Below are positions 24,301 through 37,500 of a stretch of DNA of 64,000 bases, piece by piece. The notes under the pieces were generated by a model that did not search any database, was not told the DNA's origin, and saw only the letters and a program-made list of their open reading frames with translations. Both the position numbers and the translations under genes were made by a program. Source of the DNA: Eledone cirrhosa (taxonomy: Eukaryota); contig OZ024746.1 of the NCBI GenBank assembly GCA_964016885.1, forward strand, positions 23,498,001 through 23,562,000, in the 5' to 3' direction. Each line of letters opens with the position of its first letter. The first letter of the stretch is position 1.

Positions 24301-27300
24301 TCCTGCCTTTTCCTCCTTTTGTATCTCCTTTTGTAAACTAGGTAGATGTAAACTGGGCAGAAGTTCATAATAGAAATATATATATATATATATATATATA
24401 TATGGACTGTTAAAAATACTAAGGACTTCCTTACAAGTTATTAGTGACATCAAAATAAACAAAAAACAGAACAAGATATGCTGGCAAATATGGAGACGGG
24501 GTGTGGAAGCCGTTAAATATAGGTTTAGAAAGGTCCTACGGGATGCAGCTTGATGAGAGGGATGATGGGCTAGGTACATACAATGTTGAGGTCAACTGGA
24601 AATTCTTATGTGACAACCTTTTGGTGAAACAGCACAGTAGATAGAGCCATTAAAACCAAGAGACAGACGGGGAAAGACTGGAAAAATGGGGGTAGCAGAG
24701 ACCGGTACCAGGTAGCTAAGAAAGAAGCTAGGCAACAGGTTTACACAGCTCGGAGAGAGGCTGAAGAAAGTAAATTTGCCAATGTCTTGATGTGAAGACC
24801 AGAGACGTAAAGTGTTCCATATTGCGAGGCAATGTTAGTTTAAATCGAGATGTTGTTGGGGGAAAATGTGTTAGAAATGAATTTGGTGCACTTGGTGCCA
24901 CTGATGCCCAAATAAGAGGCCCGGAAATGTTTCTCTGAGAGATTGATGAATATAGAGAATGAATGGGAGGAAGAGAAACTACCCCTAACTTACCCAAAGG
25001 AAGGACCAGCTATTGAAGTTGACAGTTTTAAGGTCAATGACGCAATCAAGGAGATAAAGGTAAAGCTGCGGGATCATCAGAAATAGTTGCTGAGATGCTA
25101 AAAGCATCAGGAGAAATAGGAGTCAAACTAGTAACCCATATAGTAAATCAAGTAATACATGACGGAGTCATACCCAATGACTGGCACAGCAGTACAATCA
25201 TAAATTGATACAAGTGCAAAGGTGATGCTCTAGAAAGGAGCAACTATAAAGGAATAAAACTAATGGACTAAGATATGAAAGTGACAGAAAAAGTTATAGT
25301 GCAGCTAATTACGGAAAGTCAAAATAGATGAGATGCAGTTTGGTTTCATGCCTGGGAAAAGTACTACAGATGCCCTCTTAGTGAAGTAACTACAAAAGAA
25401 GTTCCTAGCCAAAAATAAGCCACTATGTTTAGCTTTTGTTGATCTAGAAAAGGCCTTTGACAGTACCTCGATCTATTTGGTGGTCCTTAAGGAAATTAAG
25501 TGTAGAAGAATGGCTTGTGAGAGCAGTGCAAGCTATGTACAGAAGAGCTGTCAGTAAAAGTGAGCGTAGGAAATGGGTTTAGTGAGGAATTCAAGTCACA
25601 GGTAGGAGTTCAAGGCTCAGTTCTTAACCCATTGCTGTCATTCATAGTTCTTTAGGCCATAATAGAGTAGTTTAAAATGGGCTGGTAATAGGAAATTCTC
25701 TATGCACTTCTCTAAGAACTAAATTCCAATTATGGAAATTGAATTTGGAATCAAAACTAAAGTTCTAGTGAGTAGGAAAGAAGATAGGACCCAGATTCCC
25801 TCAGGGAAGTAGCCCTGCTCAATATATTGAAAAGGAGTAGGCATAAAATCCATACAATGTACACAATGTAAATCTTGGGTACACAAGATGTAGTGGGATA
25901 ATAAGTAGACTAACAGGAAGGGAGAACTTTGCATGTAGATGAACAGGTGCAAACAAGAGGAAGACTGCCAATGATATAAACCTTTTCCAGTCACAGGAAG
26001 GATCCATAGATGTGGTTGATAGCTAGGTGACCTAATTAGCAGTGAGGAAGGTGCACTGAGAGTATAATAACTAGAATAAGGATAGGATGGAAGAGGTTTA
26101 GAGAACTACTTTCACTGTTGACAACTGGTTTCTTCCTATGTATAAACGGAAGGCTGTATGAAGCCTGTGTGCAGAGTGCGATGCTGCATGGTAGTGAAAC
26201 ATAGGCTGTGATTGCAGAGGTCATGCGTAGACTGGACAGAAATGAAGCAACCATGCTTTGGATGTGCAATGTAAGTGTGAGAAAAAGGCAGAGCTTGGAT
26301 GAGCTGAGGGAGAAGCTGGGTTTAAGAGGAATCCGAGGTGGTGTGCTGGAGAGACTACATTGATATGGACTTGTGATATGCATAGACAATGACCGATGGG
26401 TGAAGAAATGGGACGATCAAGAAAGACCTCCTGGGCAGAGGTTGTGAGAGCTGACCTCAAATCTCTAAAACTGGTGATGATGACGGAATGCGACAAGTGG
26501 GGACATGCCATGCTGAGAAGGACCTGCCCAACCCATGCATCCTTGGAAAAGCGGACGTAGAAATGATTATATATATATATATATGTATATATGCAGTGCT
26601 GAAGACCTGACCTGCAATATAGAATGTCGTCTCTCTCCCCTCCTCTACAGCTTACTAACAGCTAGCCTCATTACCACTACACCCCCTCACTGCACACACC
26701 CTATGCACCCCATCCCCACACATGCTCCTAGCTACTGTCCCCTTGTGAAGTGGTTTGTGATGGGAAGGACTTCCAGCCATGGAGGGTTTGCCAAATAAAG
26801 GGTTTGGAGGACTCTTCAGTTGTGTCAAGGTGTGACAGCCTCCCTAGTGCTGGTGATCTAATAAATGCACCCAGTGGTTGGTGTTAGGAAGGGCATCCGG
26901 GTGTAAAAGCCATGCTCCCAGTACATGCTGTAAAATGGCTGACATTAGGAAGGTCAGCTAGTTGTAAAAATGAAGTCAAAACAAAGCATGCAAGCAGGAC
27001 CTAGTCACCTGGCTGGTTAAGCCTTAACAGGTGACAGCTGTGTATCCCATGTAAGCACAAAAAATAAATGTTTAGATGATCTAATACTTCAATAAAATTC
27101 TTGGTCTATCATTCGAAGTTGATATACAGAATTGCTCCAGCGTGGCCATAACTCTACCCCCCCCCCCCCTCCCCCACACACACCTCAGAATTTTTTTTCT
27201 CCTCATTATGAACTTCAGTCACTAATCTCTTACAGCACTGATTGACTCAGATAACATCTTATCTACTATTTCATGTGAACAGTCATGAGAGTCAATAGTG

Positions 27301-28507
27301 AAGTTATGTCAAGGACAAAACAACCTCTTTAGTGTTGATACCATAATAAAATGTATCCAGTACTCCCAGTAAAATTGTTGGTGGTTGAATAGTCAATATA
27401 GGGAGAGATTGAGAGAAGAAGGCCCATCTACTGGTGCCACAATAAAATGCATCCAATATATTTTGTAAAGTGGTTGGTTTTAGGATGGGCATCCAAAGGT
27501 AGAAACTATGGTTCCCCCCCAACTCATCTGGTAGGATTGACTCTGAAAAAGAACTCGTTTAGTTATTGATGACCCATGTCAACATAGAAAAACAGGTGTA
27601 AAATGGTGGTGATGATTGATAATTCTTCATTAACTTTTTGATAGCAAACGCCCTGAAATTGTCCCTGGTTTTACAATATAAAATTGTTTTAGTGTTTATA
27701 TTTATCTTAAAAGCTTTTATTATAATTCTTTGTAAAAACATTTAAGGCATATTTGATACACCAGCTAAATAACAACAAAGTTGAATTGAAAATCATAGGA
27801 AGTTTTCATTGGAAATATTGTAACAAAAGTTTTTATATTTATCTAAAAGCTTTCCATCATAATTCTAAACCAGTTAAATAATAAGTTATATTACTAAGTA
27901 TTCTCAAATTCTTGATTATTTTTAAAATGAACTGAAAATCAGTGTCTTTCATTGGAAATATGTTAAGGAATTAAAACCCAATTCAGAGGTAGAAGAAAGG
28001 CGAGTGGTGACTAGGGTTTAAAACTAATCTAGTAAAAGCTAGTCTAACCAAGTGTTCAATTTGGTTAAATTCTTAGTGTTATATTCTCACTGTGTAATCT
28101 AAGAATTTTCTGAAGTACTTTTTTTGTGTTACTGTAATTTGAAAATATGACTCCATTAATATTTAATATAAAATGTTTAAATTATTAAACAGCTGTTAAA
28201 ATATTTTGTGCTTGTTCTGGGAATTACATTTGCATGTGTGTGTGTATATATGTATGTATGGATATATGTGTGTGTGTGTATATATATATATGAGTTTGTG
28301 TGTGTATGCACATCAGAATTGAACCAGGTTTAAACTAGTTAGACCATTATTCAACAGAGTACTCGATACTTGGGATAGTAGAGTGTAACTATATTAGAAA
28401 GAGTCGGGGCCTGACGGCTGAGTTCTTGCCGTTTCAACAGCTAGTTACGATGTGGAACTGGCTGTTAAAACAGCAAGAGCTCAGCTGCCAAGCCCAGACT
28501 CTTTCTA

Positions 28508-28540
<33 letters not shown>

Positions 28541-31500
28541 TATGATACAACTAAAGAGTCCCCTTGTTCTTTTTTTGGCATGATGTATGCATATATCTAT
28601 CTGTGTATATATATATATCATCATCATCATCATCATCAACGTTTAACGTCCGTGTTCCACGCTTGCATGGGTTTGGACGGGGGTAGTCCCACTTGAGGCA
28701 AGAGTGATTTTCTTGCTCGCATAGGACTGTCTGGCAGGTTTTCTACAGTTGGATGCCCTTCCTAACACCAACCACATTTACAGTATGCATATATATATAT
28801 ATATATATATGCATATTTATTGTACATGCTGTTATGATTATGCATAGATACACACATAACTACATTTATATAAGCATATATAGCTGAACCTGACAACAGA
28901 GGACAAAGGACTGTGGATTGGCAAGCATAGTGTAGACTGGAGAAAACACACCACACCAGCATAAAACAAATGTGACCTGACTCATATCTCTTACCATAGC
29001 TCCTTAGTCACTGTACACCCCACCATCACTCTATCCAGGATCACTCCCTCTTGTATATCCTACCAGACCAGTCATAATTCCTTAGTTGTTCTCACCTCAC
29101 CCCCCCCCCCCCCCCCCAAAAAAAAGCAACTGAAATCAGCCCTCTCAACACTTGTCAAGCTCTACCACACTGTGATATATTCCTTAACCCACATCACATC
29201 CTTGAACCTCACCACACCTGCCACTTGTCCATGACAATACACTTGTCATCTTCCTATCTGTTAGCACTTACCCATGACATCATACTTAACACCCTTCCTA
29301 TCTCCCTCCATTCTATTCCCTCTCTCCTTAGGGTAGGCGAGGACTCTTCAGTTGAGTCAATAACTGACAACCACCACATCATCCAAGTGCTGGTGCCAGG
29401 ATAAAACACTCCCAGTACACTCTGTAAAGGGGGTTAGTGGTAAGAAGAAAGGCTTCCAGTTGTAGAAATAATGCCAAACAAAGGGTTGAGAGGTCTCTTT
29501 AGTTGTATCAAAGGCATGATAAAATGTACTCAATGCACTGTAGAGAACGGGAGGGGGGGGGGGGGTATATAGGCAAGATGTGCTCCCACCTCCCCCCTTT
29601 CCTGGCCAGTCTCAGAGGTCAGTAGCTCTGATTAAGTACTGACCTGGTCTGAAACAACCCATTTAACTCTTGCTAGTAGGGAAAATGGATGTTAACTGAT
29701 GATAATATAGTTAGATATATAGTTACTGCTAGACCACAACACACTAATTTTATATATATATTTACATACACAGATTTATAAATACACAGACATTAACATA
29801 TACTTCACGACAAGATACAGACACGTGTTGTAAAGACCATACAAGAGAGGCAAGCAAAAAAGGAAGTTTATTTCTGGGATATAATCAAACATTATTGATA
29901 CTCAAATATTGGGATGGTAGGATATAATAAAAAAAAAATGCCAGGACTGGAATAGTGTGTTGGCAAGTTGAAAGTGTTGAATGCTTCAGCTCACAAAATT
30001 TAGCAATGTTTAATAATTAACTTTTTCTGTTACCTGATCAGACAGTTTAGTGATGGTTTTCATATTATTGCATTGTATTTTATCTGTTGGGATATATTTC
30101 TATTTCTGACTAACCCCCAATGAACTTGTGTATTAATGACACACACCTATAATATTTTAACTCATAGTGTGTTGTTCTGGTCTGTGAACTTTGTAAATCT
30201 GTTCAGTTAACATGACAGCATCATGACTAAACAGATCTGCTTTCTAAGTCCCTTATGCAAACTGTTTTCCACTGGTATGTTGCACAATCTGTCATTTGGA
30301 AAAGTCTATTTTAAATTGGTTTAGTTTTTTAATATTTTGGCAAGTTGATTGCAACAGATGAATTCAAAACCTTGTAATTGTGAAACAAAGTTTGTAACTA
30401 CATAGTCATGATTTTGCCTATGTAGGTTTGTTAAAATGTTTAGAAAGGAAATACTGTAACACTTGATTTTTAATGGTGGGCTTTAAAACAAGTAGTAACA
30501 ATGTTGATATTATGTAAAATATAAATTTCCAAGTATGTTTTGCTATCATGCAACTTAAACTATCACAATAAAATAATTTAAACTAAATCTGGAGATATAG
30601 CTTTTTAAGGCAGAAATAGTGAATATTTATGCATGATAACCAAGGTCAATTTTACCTCATTCTTTTTTTATCGATAAAAGCAAAGCACCAGTTTGTATTA
30701 GGGCCTATATTTTTCTCTGTCAAATTACCAATCTTGTACATAAATCAAATCCTTTATGCATGATAGAAAAAGATTCTTTGCACTTATGTACTTTGTAGAT
30801 GCTCTATCATTATCGTATAATGTCCATTTTTCCAAGCCTGCATGAGTTAGACAGGTTGTCACGTTATGACAAGTCAGGCCCAGAGACCATGTCATGTTCA
30901 TATGGATTTGTATTTTGGCTTGGTTTCTACAGCTGGATGCCCTTCCTAACACCAACCACATTATAGTGTGGACTGAATGCTTTTTATCATGGCACTGAAA
31001 TGACCATCTTACTTTGTGGATTGGGCACTTTTTGTCATGTCACCAGCATAACAAAAATGTAAGATATATTTGAGGAAGTTAATTTTTCAGTTGGCAATTA
31101 AATGTAAATTAATCTTAGATTAAATAGTGTTTAATTTTGATAAGCATTAATGTACAGCTGTTGTGAGAGAGAGAGAGGGGGTTTGAAATAATAGATATGA
31201 ATATAATCATAGATATCTTATTATTTCTTAACTAACATAATATTATATATCTAGTTTTTTCTCTTTATCTGTATATATTCCAGTTTAAACTGTATTTATT
31301 TACTGGTAACCCTTTTATCCATCTTCTGTTGCCTTCAATAAACAGAGACAATATAGAGAGGGTTCTTTAGTTTTGATACAGACATGTAAACATCTCTGAT
31401 AAAAAAATGCAGAGTACACTCTGAAAAGTGGTTGGTGATGAATATAGGGTTGAGATGACTCTTTAGTTGTACTGAAATAACAACCTCTCTAATGCTGTTA

Positions 31501-34500
31501 CCATGGTAATGTGCACCCAGTACACTCTGTAAATGGGTTGGTAATTAGACAGCTTAGGGTTGAGAGGATACTTTATTTCTGATGAAGACATTAGCCTACA
31601 CTCTGTAAAGTGGTTGATGTTAGAAATCATGCCGAAAATATATTTTATGAATGAGACTTTGTCCTTCTACACATTTAGGAATAACTAGCAGAATGGCCTG
31701 GCATTGCACGGGATTTGCTCTAGGGTTCTTACATATTTGATATATATTTATCCTTATCGAGCCTTGTGAAATAAATACGTTTGTTTATATTTTGTTATTC
31801 TGTATGCAAAAATATCTGTACACGAATATATAATTATATATATATATATATTAAAATAACAGATTAAAATTTAAGCAAAGAATCGCTGCTTTCACCTTTA
31901 ACGGGATCTGAAACTAAAAAAATCAATCTGTGAACACAGAAGTAAATATTTTGAAAAACGTTACACACTATATATATATATATCCATACACACACAGCAT
32001 CATAATGTCGCAATACAGACAGATATTATAAGGGTGTGACGTTATATCTATGTATCTATCTAAAAAGAAAGACTAAGAATTATAGAGCGAGATCGCTAAA
32101 TTGCCTAATGTGGTCCCTAGGGCATTGGAAATTTGAAATTATTTTTGCTCGAAACACTCACAGGACCATAAGTATTATATGTGTAAAGTTTGAAAACAAT
32201 TGGTTGGGTGGTTCTCGAGTTTTAGGGAGTCAGACAGACAGACACATTCTCTGTTTTAGATATATAGACTAGCAGAATGGCCCGGCGTTGCTCGGGATTT
32301 GCTCTAGGGTTCTTATATATTTGATATATATTTATCCTTATCGAGCCTCGTGAAATAAATACGTTTGTTTATATTTTGTTATATTTTGTATAGCGTCATA
32401 ATGTCATAATGCAGACAGCCAGACATACAGACAGATATTATAAGGGTGCAACGTGAAATATATGTATCTATCTAAAAAGAAAGACTAAGAATTATAGAGA
32501 GAGAGATTGCTAAATCGCCTAATGCGGTCCCTAGGGCATTGAAAATTTGAAATATTTTTTGCTCAAAACACTCACAGGACCATAAGTATTACATGTGTAA
32601 AGTTTGAAAACAATTGGTTGGGTGGTTCTCGAGCTTTAGGGAGTCGGACACAGACATTCTCTGTTTTAGATACTGACTTAGTGATGACTTTTGTTCAATC
32701 CATGCCAGCATAGAAAGTGCATGTGAAATAAGCTTTTCAAATACTTAGGGTTTTATCTGTTTGTGTCTGTGTGTGTCTCTGTGTACCTGCCATCTATCTG
32801 TCTGTCTTATTTTATATATATTACATATTTAGTCTTGCTATAAAACAAATTTTAATGTTAAAATCCATTCCAAGAACATATTTGCTTCACAACGAAAGTA
32901 TTACGAGGATTGGTGTTTTTGATGTATTGCAGACATTGTTCAATTCATGTGAGAATAGAATATGGAAGAAACATGTTAAAATGAATGTGATAAATGCTAT
33001 ATGAAATTCAATTTATCTACTTCCTCGTTGCCACTTAGTTCTGATAGCATTTGGCTCAGTATTTGTTGTTAATGAATAAGTGGATATTTCATTTCAACTG
33101 ATTATCTCTACTGTTTAAAAAACTGAAATGATTGGAACAGCCAGCTTTTATCATTTAATGTCAGTTTTCCTTGCTAGACATACACATATATCAAGGAAAA
33201 TGGATGTTAAATGATAATACACACACACATATATGTATATATATATGCACACACACACACTGTATTTAGATTTAGATTGGGAGTTACCAGTTTAGACTAG
33301 TAAGACCATGTTCAGCTAAGTACTTGGGAAGGTAGTGTCATCATCATTTTTATGTCCACTTTTCTGTGCTTGCTTGCATGGGTTGGACAGAGTATGTATA
33401 GTGAAAAGTTAGTGTCCGGCAGCTGACCTCACACCATTTTAATGTTATCCACTCACCATTGAAACCACATGAGCTCTGCCATTGGACACTAACTTTTCAC
33501 ACGCACAAGAAGTTGATTAATTTTATTAAAATAGCATTGTTGTCTTCATATATTTCAGAGTCGTTCAGAAACAGTTGATTTATCCACAGACTCGTCCCTT
33601 GTTGTTGATATTTCAGATGCTCTTAGTGAAAGAGACAAAGTCAAGTTTACTGTCCATACAAAGGTGAGGTGACATTATTTACTTTTTTAAATCACAATCT
33701 TATGTCTATTTTCATTACGGGAACTCTTTTATTCTTTTACCTGTGCCAGACATCCAGCTGAGGCCATGCTGGGGCACAAAAAAATTATTTGCTTTCTCTA
33801 GTGGATTGGCCGTGTCAGTAGAGAGTCAGACAACATGCTTTGCTGCATATAGTTACAGCTCTTTATGTTCTGAGTTCAAATCCTGCCGAGGTTAGCTTTG
33901 CCTTCCATCCTTACGGTTTGATAAAATAAAGTACCAGTAATACACTGGTGTTGATTTATCGTTTTCCCTTCAAATTACTGGTTTTGTGTCAATTGTAGAA
34001 ACAATTATGTCATAAATCGGAGCTTGCTTCACCAGTTTCATGAAAAGACACTACTTTTTTACTAAAATAAGTCTCAAAAATTTACCATGCCTCCTGGAGG
34101 CGGAAGGTTATTTTTTTTTTCAAATTTTTGGTTGTCAAAATTAGGGTGCATCCTCGAAGATGAAGCGTCTTCTGTGCCGGGAAATATGGTAGCTGAAAAT
34201 GAAAATGTTATCTAGTGAATTATATATATATATATAAATATAATTGTGGAGGCATATGGCTTAGTGGTTAGAGCATTGGCCTTGCAATTGAAAGGTTGTG
34301 AGTTCAATTCTCAGACTGGGTGATGTTGTTTCCTTGAGCAAGACACTTTATTTCACATTGCTCCAGTTTACTCAGCTGTAGAAATGAGATGATAGGGACT
34401 GGGGTTCATATCATTCCACTGTAGAGTGGTTGTGGAGGTGCCATGGCAAAAAAAGCACCCAGCCCACACTGTAAAGTGGACGTGTAGGCGCCACGGAAAA

Positions 34501-37500
34501 AAAGCACCCAGCACTCACTGTAAATGAGGTTGGTGTTAGGAAGGGCATCCAGCTGTAGAAATCAAGCCAGAATCAGTTCCCGTCCCACCCTTGCAAGCAG
34601 GGAAAAGCAGACGTAAAATGAAATGATGATGATGATGACACACATATAAATGTATATCATCATGTCTGCTGTGCATGTTGTCATGGTTGGACGGATGGTC
34701 ACGGTCTAAGACTACATGGTTCAAACAACTATATTTTGGTCATATGCTCCCTACATGCATAACACAGATTATATAATATTACCAGAGACTCGAGGACACT
34801 TAGATTTGAAGCGATCCAATCAACCATCTCCCTGCTTTCATCAATACACCTCTGCCTTTGATCTTCATTGAGCACCATGAAACAAACTTTGCGCATGTTC
34901 AGATCGTCATGACTGTGCACAGTGCCCTCAGCCACTTCAAATTGTTTTGCAATTGTCAGAAGAGATGTATGATGGTCCTCGTCCAGAAATTTTCAAATTT
35001 TGTCTACCACCTTTGGTGTCCTGATGTCCCTCTTCCAGCCACATCTCTCATTGCCCCTCACCTCCTCTCATCGCCCCTCACCTCCTCTCATCGCCCCTCA
35101 CCTCCTCTCATCGCCCCTCACCTCCTCTCATCGCCCCTCATCGCCCCTCACCTCCTCTCATCGGCCCTCACCTCCTCTCATCGGCCCTGCCCTCCTGGAA
35201 CCCCTTGTACCAGTGGAAAACAGTTGCCTAGCTCATGAAAATTTGCCTGTAATCAGTGTTGACCATTTCATAGGTATCAGCAGCATTTTTGTTGAGCTTG
35301 ACACAAAACTTTATTGCATATCAAGCCTCCAAGTTGTACTCACATTCTGACTGCATTATGGAACCAGTCAGCTGTGACATGATGGGTAGTGTTTAAAGTG
35401 CTGCAGTGGCTTCTACCTTCAACCTAGAAAAAGAAATTTGGCCTGTTAGCTTATTACAACCATATCAAGGATGTATTAGAATAACAATTACATAGGTCAA
35501 TTAAAAGTGCCTTAAAAGAAAAAAGTCTCAAAACTTCTTGAGTGTACCTCATAATTGTTTCAGCCAAATCAGAGGAAGGAGCCCAATGAGGTAGAATGGC
35601 TGATGCATCTGGTATCACTGGTTGTTTTCTTTGGCATACATTTTTGTCATCTTATTTGTGGAGTGCAACTGAAATCTACATCCAGCCAAGCATGTAGAGT
35701 TTACACCCCTCCCCATCCCCCCCCCCCATATATATATATATATATATTCATTTTTTCTCCCTACCTCTTTTTCTTTTCCTTTCCTCTTCCTGTTTGTAAA
35801 TATACAACTGAATATGAAATATTCAATCAATAAAATGTATTCCTGTTAATTGCTGTAGATAACTTAAAGATTATTTGAAAAAAAAAAAATGAGAAATATT
35901 AAGATTCATTGATTTTATATTTGATGGGAGATTACAATGTTGATTGGAAAAACATGCTGGGAACAATCAAAGAAATTTCCGTACTTCTGTTTCCACATCC
36001 ATAAACAATGTAGATTTCTTCATCTATGATCTTTGATTTTCTGAAAAATCAATACCAGACTTGGTAGCCAAACATATGAACTGTATTTTTCAATATCATC
36101 TTTTATATCTTTAAAAAAAAAATCTTTGGAATCAGAGAATCAGTTTCTCTTAAGAACCTTTATGATTGCAGACTTTCACTTCACCAATCTTTAATAAAAA
36201 ACATTTTCAACAAATACATTTTTTAATGTGTGTGTATGTATGTGTATGAAACAAGATATTATGTAAATGAAACTTTGGAAGTAGTTTCAGTTAAAACTAT
36301 TTCCTTGTTGATGCCACGATAAGAAGCATCTAGTCTACACTGTAAGATGGTAGTGCTGGTGCCATGATAAGAAGCACCCAGTCTATTCTTTAATGTAGTA
36401 GTGATGGTGTCATGACAAAAAGCATCCAGTTCACCCTATAAGATGGTAGTGCTGGTGTCATGACAAAAACACCCAGTTCACCCTTAAGATGGTAGTGTTT
36501 GTGCCGCGACAAAAAGCACCCAGTTCACCCTGTAAGGTGGTAGTGCTGATGGTACGAAAAATGCTTCAGTACACTTTAAGTGCGGGAATGTGTATAAATG
36601 AGATACAGCCCCTGGCCTGTCTGAGAAGTCAGTAGCTTCGATTATGTACTGACTTGGTTTATGATGATCCATCCAACCCTTGCTAGCAGAGAAAACATGT
36701 TAAACGAAAAACCCACAATGATTGCATCACATTAAAAATTGAAGTCTCTACTCTCATCTATTGAGTTTTTATCTCTCCACTATCAAAAATATAAACATGA
36801 ATTTACAAACTCACTTTGAAATATTTTCTTTTAAATCATTACTGTATGTTAAGAGTTTAAAGCAAAATGCATAAAATGCTTTGATTTAATTATATTTAAT
36901 CTTTACATTCCCCAAAGAATGTTAAAGTACATGGATGTTAAATAATAGTTTGGGATCAAGATGTTGTTGTTGACTTTGCTGGTTACAAAAGGGAAAAATA
37001 CCTCCTTTTTCTCACTTCACATTTACTGTATTGAAATAATTTTAAAGATCAAACTAAATTTAATTGCTCACTTTACCCCCTCTTTTTTACTCTCTTTTTC
37101 TTCACTGTATTCTTGTCTCTCTTGCTCTCTCTCTCTCCTTCCTTCCTCTCTCTCCTATTTGACCTTTTGATCCAGTTCTACTTGTTCTGGTAAAAGACCT
37201 GTGGCATTTTCACCATAGCTATAATTCCTATAAGAACAAAATAAGGTCAAAACATCACAAGTGAATCATCAAATGTTTTTTTTTTCTTTCATTTTTTTTT
37301 TAATGCAACATTTTTTAACTGTGGTACATAGTTTTATTAACCCTTTTCTTACCACATTTCTAATTAAAGGGATGATCTATGATTTTCAAATATTTTTTAA
37401 ATCAAGAATTTTGGTGGATTTATTGGTGTTTGGAGCATAATTAAAAAAAAAAACTTCTTACATAAAATTATGATGGCAATTTTAAAGATAAATATAAACA

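Noticed and set aside
29860-30005. Possible further hairpin/Penelope-type terminus (GATACTCAAATATTGGGATGGTAG resembles the shared leader)
   Set aside because: Too decayed; no arms or ribozyme core can be supported
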